Assembly (NCBI GenBank): GCA_046757925.1 | Contig: JBHHZE010000009.1 | Span: 6,095-70,094 of the forward strand | Direction of reading: 5' to 3' | Length of the DNA: 64,000 nt | Origin: Gemmatimonadales bacterium | GTDB lineage: Bacteria; Gemmatimonadota; Gemmatimonadetes; Gemmatimonadales; GWC2-71-9 | Shown here: one piece after another, positions 18,417 through 28,103 of the stretch | Numbering within the stretch: position 1 is the first letter of the stretch | How the letters are laid out: every line of letters starts with the position of its first letter | The notes under the pieces: model-generated | The model's database searches: none | What the model was told of the DNA's origin: nothing | The model's input: only the letters and a program-made list of their open reading frames with translations | Translations under genes and position numbers: made by a program

Positions 18417-20255
18417 GTGACCAACATGCTGCGCGCCATGATCTCTGACGAACGCGTCCATGTTATGGATGGAGCAATGGGTACTGAATTGTATAATCGG
18501 GGTGTGTTCGTCAACGTGTGCTACGACCAATTGAACCTGACGAAACCGGACCTCGTTAGATCCGTGCACGAAGAGTACGTCGCAGCAGGTGCGGAGATCA
18601 TCGAGACGAATACCTTCGGGGCCAACCCCGTTAAGCTATCCGGATTCGGCCTTGACGACCGTACCGAAGAGCTGAACTCGGCAGCCGCCAAGCTTGCTAT
18701 CGATGCCTGCGCCGGTAAGGCAGCCGTGGTGGGAGCGATCGGACCACTCGGCATCCGCATAGAACCGTATGGCCCAACATCTCAATCCGAAGCTGTGGAG
18801 CTGTTCACACGACAAGCCCAAGGCCTACTCGACGGCGGCGTCGATGGTTTCGTCCTCGAAACGTTCTCCGACGTGGAGGAGATCCATGCGGCCTATCGGG
18901 GAGTTCGTGAACTCTCCGATCTCCCAATCATCGCACAGATGTCGTTCGGCGAGGACGGCAACACTTCGTATGGAACCAGCGTTGAAACGGCCGCCCAGAA
19001 GCTAACTCACTGGGGTGCAGATGTAATTGGACTCAATTGCTCCGTGGGTCCGGCTGCAATGCTCGATGCCGTGGAACGATTGGCTCGAGCAACTGACGTC
19101 CCTATTTCCGCCCAGCCCAATGCAGGCCTCCCTCGGAACGTTGGTGATCGTAAGATCTACCTAGCCGCCCCTGAATATATGGCACGCTATGCGCGAAGAA
19201 TGATCGAAGCGGGTGCGCGCTACGTGGGAGGATGCTGTGGTACTACGCCAGAGCACGTGAAGAAGATCGCGGATTTTGTGGCCAGCGTCCAACCGCGTCA
19301 AACGTCTGTCTACATCTCGAGCGAGAAACTTGCTACACCAGCCGGGACAGAACCGATTCCACTTGCCGAGCGATCCAATTGGGGCAAGAAGATCGCGTGC
19401 GGTACGTTCGTCACCAGCGTGGAAGTGATCCCACCCCGCGGGTGGATCGCGGACGATATGATCGATCAATGCCGCTTTCTCAAGGAGGCGGGCGTGGATG
19501 CTGTCAACGTGCTCGACGGACCCAGAGCGCAGAGCAGAATGGGAGTACTTCCGGCCTCCCTGATTATCGAGCGTGAAGTGGGCGTTGAAGTTCTCATGTC
19601 CTACACCTGTAGAGATCGAAATATGCTGGGCATGATAAGCGACTTGCTCGGAGCCGCTGCTGCCGGTCTCCACAACATCATCATAGTCACTGGCGATCCA
19701 CCGTTGATGGGACCGTACGATTTCACGGGTGTGTTCGACATCGACAGCATCGGGCTGACCAACGTGGTCTGCCAGCTGAATCGCGGCCTCGATCCCGGCG
19801 GCAATGCCATAGGCGAAGCTACGCGCTACGCTATAGGAGTTGCCGTAAACCCGGGCGCCGTCGATATGGAGCGTGAGTTAAAGCGCTTCGCGTGGAAGGT
19901 CGATGCCGGCGCCGAGTTCGCCGTCACTCAACCGGTCTTCGACATCGGCGCTTTCGGGAAGTTCCTGAAACGCATAGAAGATCATCGCATTCCGATAATC
20001 GCCGGCGTCTGGCCGCTTCGCTCACTGCGTGGAGCGGAATTCCTCGCGAACGAGGTACCGGGAGTGGTCGTACCCAAATTCGTATTGGACAGAATGCAAG
20101 CCGCACAGGACCGAGGGGAGGATTTCGCGGCTGCCGAAGGTTTGGCGATAGCCCGGGAAGTACTGTCTCAAGTGAGGGAGTGTGCTGGGGGCGTACAAGT
20201 GAGCGCGCCCGCCAGCGGAACACATCTGGCTATCGAGTTGCTAAGCGGAACCTAG
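18417..20255 (+). CDS. Bifunctional homocysteine S-methyltransferase / methylenetetrahydrofolate reductase (YitJ-like fusion)
   Basis: The N-terminal Hcy-methyltransferase domain (VMDGAMGTELY ... [10 protein letters not shown]) is fused to a C-terminal MTHFR-like domain (...SYTCRDRN ... IIVTGDPP ... AEFAVTQPVFD). The ORF starts at the GTG at 18417; the ATG at 18426 is an alternative. Confidence 0.85.
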   Translation: MTNMLRAMISDERVHVMDGAMGTELYNRGVFVNVCYDQLNLTKPDLVRSVHEEYVAAGAEIIETNTFGANPVKLSGFGLDDRTEELNSAAAKLAIDACAGKAAVVGAIGPLGIRIEPYGPTSQSEAVELFTRQAQGLLDGGVDGFVLETFSDVEEIHAAYRGVRELSDLPIIAQMSFGEDGNTSYGTSVETAAQKLTHWGADVIGLNCSVGPAAMLDAVERLARATDVPISAQPNAGLPRNVGDRKIYLAAPEYMARYARRMIEAGARYVGGCCGTTPEHVKKIADFVASVQPRQTSVYISSEKLATPAGTEPIPLAERSNWGKKIACGTFVTSVEVIPPRGWIADDMIDQCRFLKEAGVDAVNVLDGPRAQSRMGVLPASLIIEREVGVEVLMSYTCRDRNMLGMISDLLGAAAAGLHNIIIVTGDPPLMGPYDFTGVFDIDSIGLTNVVCQLNRGLDPGGNAIGEATRYAIGVAVNPGAVDMERELKRFAWKVDAGAEFAVTQPVFDIGAFGKFLKRIEDHRIPIIAGVWPLRSLRGAEFLANEVPGVVVPKFVLDRMQAAQDRGEDFAAAEGLAIAREVLSQVRECAGGVQVSAPASGTHLAIELLSGT

Positions 20256-20260
20256 ATCCC

Positions 20261-21154
20261 TCAGGCGTTCAGCACCGCTCTGATACTATTGTAACGCCGG
20301 TCAACGCCCCGAAACCCGAGATTGCTGAGATACACTTTCGTGGCACCCACCTCTCTCAGAGCGCGGATCGTCCGTGCGCAGATCTCGTCGGCTGTGAGCC
20401 CCGCCTCGAAATCTCGGGTGATGCCCTCGGCCGGCACCGGGAAGTACTGGGCTAGGCGTGCCAGCGTCCTGGGATTGGCGCTCCTATAGTAGAATACTCC
20501 GAACACGCCCGGGTACCGCACGTCGCGTCGCGTCGCCTCCGACAGGAATCGGTCTACTTGTGAGATGTTGTGGTGCGAAACGATTTGTGTCAGGTAGAAG
20601 TCGGCGTTGAAGTCCTCCCGCAACAAGAAATCGACCTGCTCTTCCGGAGCTCTGTAGGGGTTCACCCAGCCACCAAGGGTCAGCGAGGCCACTTGCTCTC
20701 TGATGGCTCGTCGAAGCTCGAAGGCATGCGGTACACACCGGGGCGCTCCGACGGATTTGTCTCCACCCAGCACCGTAAGTGCAGCAATTCCGCGGGATGC
20801 AGCCCGCTTGGCATACATCAAGCAGTAATCCAGTGAGTGTTTGCATGTCAGAAACGGCACGACGGTTGCCGGGTCGAGTTCGCCGGCCAGGTTGGTGGTC
20901 AGATGCTGCAGATTCTCCTCTTCAGACTGACCCACTGCATTGTCCGTGATGAACACTATCGTGTCATCGCTCGCCAATTGTCGGAGTGAATGATACATAT
21001 CGATCCACGTATCCATGCTGTCCGTTGTCGATAGATCCGCCGGAGGTGGCCGTAGCTCGACTGCCATCAGGGGTTTGTCGTCGCTCAGCCGGCTAACGAG
21101 ACTGGCATGCGATGAGGATGGAATCTTCATGGCAAGAGAAAGTACATCGGACAT
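20261..21154 (-). CDS. Divergent MTHFR-family (MetF-like) protein
   Basis: 297 aa. ELRPPP, FLTCKH, LTVLGGD, GGWVNPY and FYLTQIV occur in the same order as the conserved MTHFR blocks. It is convergent with the fused MTHFR gene. Confidence 0.55.
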   Translation of the reverse strand: MSDVLSLAMKIPSSSHASLVSRLSDDKPLMAVELRPPPADLSTTDSMDTWIDMYHSLRQLASDDTIVFITDNAVGQSEEENLQHLTTNLAGELDPATVVPFLTCKHSLDYCLMYAKRAASRGIAALTVLGGDKSVGAPRCVPHAFELRRAIREQVASLTLGGWVNPYRAPEEQVDFLLREDFNADFYLTQIVSHHNISQVDRFLSEATRRDVRYPGVFGVFYYRSANPRTLARLAQYFPVPAEGITRDFEAGLTADEICARTIRALREVGATKVYLSNLGFRGVDRRYNSIRAVLNA

Positions 21155-21300
21155 GATCGCGGCGCCACGACCGCAAGATCCAGGCAGCCCCTGGGTTGTC
21201 CCGGGCGGTACAAGGCACCATTTTTACGCCCTTACGGAACCGATTACCCTCCAGAGGGGTTGAAAGGTTTGGAGCTGACTACGATAGGTGGAGGATACAC

Positions 21301-22890
21301 ATGAGGCACCGGAAAACCGCACTTGGGGCAGTCGTAATTTTCCTGGCTTTCGTCTCGGGCGGCTGGTTCCTGCAACGCTCACCTGAACCGGAGCAAGACG
21401 CCCGCGCCAAGGCAAGAATCTTCCGACAGGTCATGAGCTACGTGTCCGACTACTACGTAGATACTCTCGAGACCGGCGATCTCTACGATATGGCAATCGA
21501 GGGACTCCTGGACCGCATCAACGACCCATATACCTCCTATCTTCACAAGGAGGCGTTCGAAGATCTGAATCTCAGCACGACCGGCAATTACGGTGGTGTC
21601 GGCATTCAGATCGACTCCCGGGATGGCTGGATTACGGTTGTGACTCCGCTGGCGAACACCCCGGGAGAGCGGGCCGGTTTGGAGTCAGGCGATCAGATAA
21701 TCGAAATCGACGGCAAGTCAACGGAGGGCTGGACTACAAGGCAGGCGGCGAACGTGATGCGCGGGGTCGCTGGGACTGAAGTCCACCTTTCCGTTATGCG
21801 ACCCGGCCTACCGGGTCCCATCCCGTTCAACATTACACGAGCCCGCATCCATGTGAACTACGTGGAAACCCCGATGATGCTTGCTCCGTCCGTCGGATAC
21901 GTCCGCATTACTTCCGTTAGCCAAACAGCGGGCAAAGAACTGGAACAAGCGATCAAGCAACTTCACAACGATGGTGCACGCTCGCTCATTCTCGACTTGC
22001 GAGGCAATCCGGGCGGCATTCTCGAACAGGGTGTGGCAATCGCGGATCTGTTCATCGACCGCGGTGACGTGGTCGTGGAGATGAAGGGCCGGGCGCCCCG
22101 TGCGTCGCAGATCTATTTGTCCCAGCACGAGCAGTCGTGGCCGGATATGCCGATGGTGGTCCTGGTCAATCAAGGTACCGCCAGCGCAGCTGAGATCATT
22201 GCCGGCGCTCTACAAGACCACGATCGTGCTCTCATTCTGGGCACCCGCACCTACGGTAAGGGAGTCGCCTACGTAGTTCTGCCTCTGTCAACCACTAAGA
22301 GGGAAGCACTCAGCGTGACCACGTCGCGCTGGTACACCCCACGCGGCCGCTCCATCAACCGCCCACTGTTCCGCAAGCTGACACAGCGTCAGGCCAAGGC
22401 TCTCAGAGACAGCGCAATTGCAGACTCGGGCGTGACGTTTCTATCGGATGCGGGACGCACGCTCAAGGGCGGTGGCGGCATCCGTCCGGATATCGAGCTG
22501 CTCGATACGCTCTCTACATCCGAACAAGCATTTGCCCGTGCGCTGGGGACCAACACTCAAAAGTATCGCGACGCCGTGTCACGCTTTGCTCTCGATCTCA
22601 AGGGCTCCCAGAAAATCGCGGAGGAGGACTTCACCGTCACTCCCACGATGCTCCGTGAGCTTCGGCTCAGCCTTCGCGGGCGCGGCGTACCTGTGCCAGA
22701 CTCCATTTGGGCCGGGGCAAGTAGACTCATTGCCAGGCAGCTGGGCGTCGAAACAACTCGTTACGTATTCGGCCGGCCGGCGGAACGGCGGCGTCAGGCG
22801 CGGTCCGACATACAAATCAAGCGGGCAATCGACCTACTGACGCACGCCAAGACTCAGTCTGAAGTCTTTGCCAAACTGAACGATCAGTGA
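21301..22890 (+). CDS. S41-family C-terminal processing peptidase with a PDZ domain
   Basis: N-terminal TM or signal (MRHRKTALGAVVIFLAF), PDZ domain (GGVGIQID...PGERAGLESGDQIIEIDGKS), and catalytic blocks LILDLRGNPGG, VVLVNQGTASAAEI and TYGKG. The ORF is open from 21196, but the ATG at 21301 is preferred. Confidence 0.85.
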   Translation: MRHRKTALGAVVIFLAFVSGGWFLQRSPEPEQDARAKARIFRQVMSYVSDYYVDTLETGDLYDMAIEGLLDRINDPYTSYLHKEAFEDLNLSTTGNYGGVGIQIDSRDGWITVVTPLANTPGERAGLESGDQIIEIDGKSTEGWTTRQAANVMRGVAGTEVHLSVMRPGLPGPIPFNITRARIHVNYVETPMMLAPSVGYVRITSVSQTAGKELEQAIKQLHNDGARSLILDLRGNPGGILEQGVAIADLFIDRGDVVVEMKGRAPRASQIYLSQHEQSWPDMPMVVLVNQGTASAAEIIAGALQDHDRALILGTRTYGKGVAYVVLPLSTTKREALSVTTSRWYTPRGRSINRPLFRKLTQRQAKALRDSAIADSGVTFLSDAGRTLKGGGGIRPDIELLDTLSTSEQAFARALGTNTQKYRDAVSRFALDLKGSQKIAEEDFTVTPTMLRELRLSLRGRGVPVPDSIWAGASRLIARQLGVETTRYVFGRPAERRRQARSDIQIKRAIDLLTHAKTQSEVFAKLNDQ

Positions 22891-22935
22891 GGCAGCATTG
22901 CGCGAACTACATCACCTGGTCATGATACGTAGCAG

Positions 22936-23361
22936 ATGAACTCGCAGCTGATGCGAACCGGGCTAAGAGACGTTCTGACGAAACTTGCGGCAACAGCCGC
23001 AGCGGCGAGTCTTCTCGTGTCAGTGTATACCGGCGCGCTGGGTGTCCGGGTGTGTCCTCACCACCGCGGTGACCATCACTCTGCGTCCAGTGTTGACGGT
23101 AACACCACTCATCTGGCCGGCGGCAACCATGGCCGCAAGTCCGATCACGATGTTCCCGGCCACGATGGCGGATGCACGTGCCCTAGCGTAGGGCTATGTC
23201 AGCTCGGCGTGACCGTACTCGCTGCACCCGCGGTCCGTGTCGGCGTGGGCCTGGAAACCGTGGTGCACATGGCAACATCGCCCGCCACACTCATGCAACT
23301 GCTGCCGGGCCGCGTCCCACATTCGCTCCCCTATCCCAACGCACCGCCCGTCACATCCTAG
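22936..23361 (+). CDS. Small signal-anchored His/Cys-rich protein (putative periplasmic metal binder)
   Basis: 141 aa with a hydrophobic N-terminal segment (LAATAAAASLLVSVYTGALG). This is followed by CPHHRGDHHSASSVDGNTTHLAGGNHGRKSDHDVPGHDGGCTCPSVGLC, which packs 8 His and 4 Cys into about 50 residues. The tail is Pro-rich (PHSLPYPNAPP). Confidence 0.5.
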   Translation: MNSQLMRTGLRDVLTKLAATAAAASLLVSVYTGALGVRVCPHHRGDHHSASSVDGNTTHLAGGNHGRKSDHDVPGHDGGCTCPSVGLCQLGVTVLAAPAVRVGVGLETVVHMATSPATLMQLLPGRVPHSLPYPNAPPVTS

Positions 23362-23470
23362 CCAAATAATCAACACAGCTGTTCGACCAGACACCACATG
23401 CGGGCGATCTCACATGTCTCGCATTGGGTGTGGGTCGCTACTTCAAGAATGTTAGGATGGAGGATATCGC

Positions 23471-24667
23471 ATGTCATTGCGAATCATGTGCGGATACATC
23501 GAGTGTAGCATGTGTCTGTGTGCCGTGGTTGCTATCGTGCCGAATACCGTGTCCGCACAGGAGATTTCGCTGGACTCCCTGGAGCAAGCAGTCGATCTCG
23601 AACCCGGCGAAGGAGATCGACTGGATTTCTTCAGGCTCTCGGGGTTCGGAGTGGGCGCCTTCAACTTCAGGAGCGGATCCGAACAGAACTCATTTAGCGC
23701 GTCGAAACTTGCGATCAGTGCCTTTAAGCGCTCGGGGCCATATCTCTCATTTTTCGGACAGATCACCAACGTCTTGGAGCCATCTGATCCTGCCGCCGCG
23801 GAACCTACGGTGGCTACAGACCCAACGGCGGCGGATGAGGAAGGTGCCACACTCGAAACCGAGATTGACAACCTCATTGTTAGCTTCACTCCTCCTGGCG
23901 CCGACGAAGTAAACATCTGGTTCGGGAGATTCGACGTGCCGTTCGGATTCGAACGAGACGACGAACCACTCAACTTCCAGCCCACCAATTCCTTCAACTT
24001 CGAGTTTGCCCGACCGATCAAGTTCACGGGCGTTATGGTCAACTATACGCCGTTACCGGTCGTCTCGCTTTCGACCTTTGTCGTAAATGGATGGGATCAG
24101 ACCGTCGACAACAACAAGGGGAAGACCGTCGGGGCACGCGTCAGCTTCCTGCCCTATGAATTCTCCGCCTTGTCGGTAACAGGAGTATACGGACCGGAGA
24201 AAGACGACAACACCAGCGACCAGCGCTTTCTGTTAGATATTGATTTCACGGCTCAGCCGTTGAATTCGTTGATACTCGGCGGTGAATTCAACTTCGGCAC
24301 AGAGGAGAATTCCGCCATAGATGGAGGAGATGCCGACTGGGTTGGGGGCTCTCTTACCTCGTTCCTACGCCTGACCGGCAATGTCGGAATAACTGTTCGC
24401 TACGATGTTTTCGACGATACTGATGGAGCGAGGACAGGAGACAAGAGAACATTGCAATCGCTCACTCTAGCGCCTATGCTGTTCTTCCGCAGTGCAACAT
24501 CCGGAATCTACAGTACGATACCCCAGACCGGATTCTCGCTACCGGAGTTCTCCCTGCGTGCAGGGCTTCGCTTCGACCACTCCAATAACGATTTTTTCAA
24601 CGGAGACAACGGGAGCCTCCAGAACACAGAAACGCGGTTTATTCTCGAGGGAGTATTCGTCTATTGA
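23471..24667 (+). CDS. Outer-membrane beta-barrel (porin-like) protein
   Basis: 398 aa with a signal peptide ending ...PNTVSA|QE. It has an amphipathic alternating pattern, Gly/aromatic-rich strands, and a C-terminal ...RFILEGVFVY aromatic terminus typical of OMPs. Confidence 0.6.
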   Translation: MSLRIMCGYIECSMCLCAVVAIVPNTVSAQEISLDSLEQAVDLEPGEGDRLDFFRLSGFGVGAFNFRSGSEQNSFSASKLAISAFKRSGPYLSFFGQITNVLEPSDPAAAEPTVATDPTAADEEGATLETEIDNLIVSFTPPGADEVNIWFGRFDVPFGFERDDEPLNFQPTNSFNFEFARPIKFTGVMVNYTPLPVVSLSTFVVNGWDQTVDNNKGKTVGARVSFLPYEFSALSVTGVYGPEKDDNTSDQRFLLDIDFTAQPLNSLILGGEFNFGTEENSAIDGGDADWVGGSLTSFLRLTGNVGITVRYDVFDDTDGARTGDKRTLQSLTLAPMLFFRSATSGIYSTIPQTGFSLPEFSLRAGLRFDHSNNDFFNGDNGSLQNTETRFILEGVFVY

Positions 24668-25236
24668 ACACCGCTGACCCCACCGCCCCGGGCTGGCTGA
24701 CCGCCGCACCACTTTCCGTCAAGTGGGCTGTCACACTGTTCCTGGGATCGATTGGCATCGCGTATGTCTTTGGCGTGCTCATGGTTACCCTCTGGGTGGG
24801 TCTAACACCCGAGAAGGTGGCCCAGGCGTATCGGCCGCCGCAGCCGAGCGCCGCGCCGGAACAATTACAGCTAACAGAACAGCCCATAGACCTCGACGAG
24901 GCATTGGGCGAAGAGGAGGTCCACCAGATCGACGAACGGCTTCTCATTCAGGACACGCACGTTCACGTACCGATGTATGCACTGATCGCACTTGCGCTAT
25001 CAGCCATCTCAGTGGGGCTCCGGGGTCCATCCAGGATGAAGATCGTTCTGGTCTTCGCACTGTTCCTAGGACCTATTATCGATTTTCTGGGAATGTGGCT
25101 CACTAGGCTCGTAGCAAGTGGTTTCTCTTACTTAACACTAGCCGGAGGCTGGCTGATGGCCGCTTCGTACGCGGTTGTAGCCGGAGCAGCACTTTGGCAG
25201 ATGTGGTTTACGGATCACAGGAGACTACACCAATGA
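24664..25236 (+). CDS. Four-TM membrane protein with a DTHVHVP motif
   Basis: 190 aa with four hydrophobic helices. There is an acidic loop (LDEALGEEEVHQIDE) and then IQDTHVHVPMYALIALAL at the start of TM2. The TTG start overlaps the barrel gene stop (24664/24667). Confidence 0.5.
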   Translation: MNTADPTAPGWLTAAPLSVKWAVTLFLGSIGIAYVFGVLMVTLWVGLTPEKVAQAYRPPQPSAAPEQLQLTEQPIDLDEALGEEEVHQIDERLLIQDTHVHVPMYALIALALSAISVGLRGPSRMKIVLVFALFLGPIIDFLGMWLTRLVASGFSYLTLAGGWLMAASYAVVAGAALWQMWFTDHRRLHQ

Positions 25237-25832
25237 CCCTCGCAATAAAAGCAGTCGCAATAGCATGGATCGCGCTTACCGCAGGAACGAGTGAATTACA
25301 TATAACGCCCACGGTGCAACTGGTATCCCGCTCGGCGGCGATCAAAAAGATTCTTGCAGGATCGGCAAAATACTTCCAGCGTAAGGCCAAACTCAGCAAA
25401 ACCGAAACCAAACTGCTCAAGTCTAGAGTCGGCTGGGCACCCGAGAAACGCACAGCAAAGCTGTACGTGGGTCGTAATGCCGATGGGAATATGGTTGGGA
25501 CTGCGACTCTTCTCAAGGTTGACAGCCGACACGGTCCGATAGTCCTGGCGGTTGGATTCGAGCCCGATGGTAGTGTGAAACGAGTCATCGTAACTCACGC
25601 TACGGAAGAGTCGGTCACCTGGGTACGTACGGTGATCAAGTCGCACTTCTTGGACGAATTCAAGACAGCTACCAGCGCCACGGTCGACGAGCACATGGCA
25701 CCTGCCTCCAACCTGCGACCGATGCCCCGGTACATAGCGTCGGTTATCGCACGTGGTGTGCGCCGCGCTCTCGTGCTTCGTGAAGTGGCGTTTGCAAGCT
25801 ACGGAGTAGCTGCGGCTAGCGATCCAGAGTGA
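25233..25832 (+). CDS. Signal-anchored FMN_bind-like (RnfG/NqrC-type) domain protein
   Basis: Starts MTLAIKAVAIAWIALTAG. The core ...NMVGTATLLKVDSRHGPIVLAVGFEPDGSVKRVIVTHATEES... resembles the FMN_bind fold. DEFKTATSATV resembles the D-x-x-(S/T)-G-A-(T/S) flavinylation context. Its ATGA overlaps the upstream gene. Confidence 0.45.
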   Translation: MTLAIKAVAIAWIALTAGTSELHITPTVQLVSRSAAIKKILAGSAKYFQRKAKLSKTETKLLKSRVGWAPEKRTAKLYVGRNADGNMVGTATLLKVDSRHGPIVLAVGFEPDGSVKRVIVTHATEESVTWVRTVIKSHFLDEFKTATSATVDEHMAPASNLRPMPRYIASVIARGVRRALVLREVAFASYGVAAASDPE

Positions 25833-25836
25833 TGAT

Positions 25837-27150
25837 CTAGAGCCGTCCCCTGCGCTTGAGCATGAGGTATTTCTCGACGACAGCCTCGCCGGCGCGCTCC
25901 GGATGCACATCCAATACGAGAGCCCCAGTGCGCCGCATCTGTGTCAACGCCTCCTCGCGAGCTGCCAGCAGCTCTTCGGCAGCCGCCCTCCGATAGGCCG
26001 CGCTCTCGGTATCTGGTCGCGATTCCGCGACGCTATCCAGTTCGGGATTGCGTAGCGTGACGACGAGGGGGAGATGCCTTGGGCGTAGAGCAGCCACGTT
26101 TGCGACCAGCGCCCGTGAGGCCATCCGATCGATCACGTCGGTGAAAAAAATCGTGAGTGCGCGCTTCCGGTTCCTCACGGCCATATAGCGAAATGCAGCC
26201 GGGTAATCCGGCTCGACGAGCTTCGGCTCGACGACCGAGAGCACCTCAAGCACCTGTTTGAGTCCTCGACGCCCCCGCTGGGGACTCATATAGTGCACCA
26301 CCTCGTCCGCCAGTGTCATGATCCCGATGTTGTCATCATGACGTGCTGCCGCCAGGGCCAGCGACAGCGCCGCCCGCACTACGTACTCCATGCGAGGTTC
26401 GCCGGCGACCTCAGCCGTCAGAAGACGGCCTGCGTCCAAGACCAGCAGCACCTGCTGGCGCCGCTCCTCTTCGAACTGACGGGCAATTACCTTGCCCCGT
26501 CGTGCCGTAGCTTTCCAATCGATCTGTCGAGTGTCATCGCCCGGCACCCACTCTCGCAAACTCTCGAATTGGCTCCCCTCACCCAACCGCCGCGCCTGGC
26601 GCAGACCCGCCTCTTTGCGCCGAGTAGCCTCGGCAACGGACGCTCTGAGACGCGACACCGGGAGTTGGGGAAACACGATCACGGCCCACTCCAGATCAAC
26701 TCGCGCTTGGCGCTGACCGAAACCCAGGGGACCGCGGCTTCGAATCGCCAACCATCCCTGTGTCTCGCGACCACGCCGGACAGGCGTAGCTAACTGTCCT
26801 TCGCGGACTCCGCTCTCCACCCCAATCAAGAGGCGACGCGCCGGCATCGCACCACCCAGCAACCCAGGGCGGACCTCCCGAATCACGAGATGCGCAATCC
26901 GCCGAGAAGGATTCCGCCAACGATAGGTGAAGGCAACGGTCTGACCCACCGAAAAACTGGTCTGCGCAACACGAGTGATCCTCAATTGCAGAGGGTCGGC
27001 CGCTCGGATAGCATCAATCCACACGGCCACAAACAATAGCCCGTCCAATACCAACAGCAGGTCCAGCCCCGTGGGCGACAGATATCCCAGCATGCCGACT
27101 GGAGCAATGCATGCGAGCGTGACCAGGGCCCGCCGAGTCGGAAGTATCAA
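25837..27150 (-). CDS. DUF58-domain protein (VWA-like partner of MoxR)
   Basis: 437 aa with two N-terminal TM helices. It has ...SQFESLREWVPGDDTRQIDWKATARRGK (the DUF58 signature) and then LLVLDAGRLL. Confidence 0.8.
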   Translation of the reverse strand: MILPTRRALVTLACIAPVGMLGYLSPTGLDLLLVLDGLLFVAVWIDAIRAADPLQLRITRVAQTSFSVGQTVAFTYRWRNPSRRIAHLVIREVRPGLLGGAMPARRLLIGVESGVREGQLATPVRRGRETQGWLAIRSRGPLGFGQRQARVDLEWAVIVFPQLPVSRLRASVAEATRRKEAGLRQARRLGEGSQFESLREWVPGDDTRQIDWKATARRGKVIARQFEEERRQQVLLVLDAGRLLTAEVAGEPRMEYVVRAALSLALAAARHDDNIGIMTLADEVVHYMSPQRGRRGLKQVLEVLSVVEPKLVEPDYPAAFRYMAVRNRKRALTIFFTDVIDRMASRALVANVAALRPRHLPLVVTLRNPELDSVAESRPDTESAAYRRAAAEELLAAREEALTQMRRTGALVLDVHPERAGEAVVEKYLMLKRRGRL

Positions 27151-28103
27151 GTTGTGGGAGCCTCGATCTGTTCCAACACTGCCGTCAACGCACGATCAGG
27201 AGTCACCCCCTCGAGCTCGAGTTCGGGAGCAACTGCTATCCGATGTCGCAGCACCGCTGGCGCCAACGTCTTTACATCATCTGGTATCACAAAGTCGCGT
27301 CCCTCGAGCAGGGCAAGGGAACGTGCGGTCTTGAGCAACGCGATGCCGCCGCGTGGACTGGCTCCAAGCGTGAGTGACGCCGCCTCTCGGGTGGCCCGAA
27401 CTATCTTGGTGATATACGCCGTGATAGACAGTTCCACACGCACATCCCGTGCCGCCTCGCGCAGCACATTCAGGCCATCGGCATCCACAACAGGTGCAAC
27501 TCCGTAGGTGTCTGGGAGATCTGCCTCAAACCCCGCCAGGTATTTTCCCAGTATTTCTTGCTCCACCGGTTCGGGAGGATAGCTCATCACGACCTTGAGC
27601 ATGAAACGATCGAGTTCTGCTTCTGGAAGCGGATAGGTCCCTTCAAACTCGATGGGATTCTGGGTGGCAAATACGGAAAACACATCTGGTAGCGAACGAG
27701 TGTCGCCGTCCACTGTGACCGTCCGCTCCTGCATCGCTTCCAACAGTGCAGCCTGCGTTTTTGCCGGAGCGCGGTTGATCTCGTCGGCAAGAACTAGATC
27801 GTGGAAGATTGGGCCCGGCCTGAATACCAACTCATGCCCGCTCGCCAATACCGACGTACCAGTGATGTCAGACGGCATGAGATCGGGCGTAAACTGAATG
27901 CGAACGTAGCCGACGTTCAACGCCTGTGCCAGCGTTCGGACGAGCAGCGTCTTGGCCGTCCCTGGTACTCCCTCCAGCAATACATGTCCCCGCGCAAGGA
28001 GCGCGACCAGGCAATCGCGAGTCGCCTTCTCCTGCCCCAGTACCACACTACGGACAGCCGCTAAGACACGCTGGGCCTGTTCTCGAATCTCATTGCTTCC
28101 CAC
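27147..28103 (-). CDS. moxR: MoxR-family AAA+ ATPase
   Basis: 318 aa with Walker A (LEGVPGTAKT), Walker B (VLADEINRAPAKTQAALLEAMQE) and ...VFATQNPIEFEGTYPLPEAELDRF. Confidence 0.9.
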   Translation of the reverse strand: MGSNEIREQAQRVLAAVRSVVLGQEKATRDCLVALLARGHVLLEGVPGTAKTLLVRTLAQALNVGYVRIQFTPDLMPSDITGTSVLASGHELVFRPGPIFHDLVLADEINRAPAKTQAALLEAMQERTVTVDGDTRSLPDVFSVFATQNPIEFEGTYPLPEAELDRFMLKVVMSYPPEPVEQEILGKYLAGFEADLPDTYGVAPVVDADGLNVLREAARDVRVELSITAYITKIVRATREAASLTLGASPRGGIALLKTARSLALLEGRDFVIPDDVKTLAPAVLRHRIAVAPELELEGVTPDRALTAVLEQIEAPTT

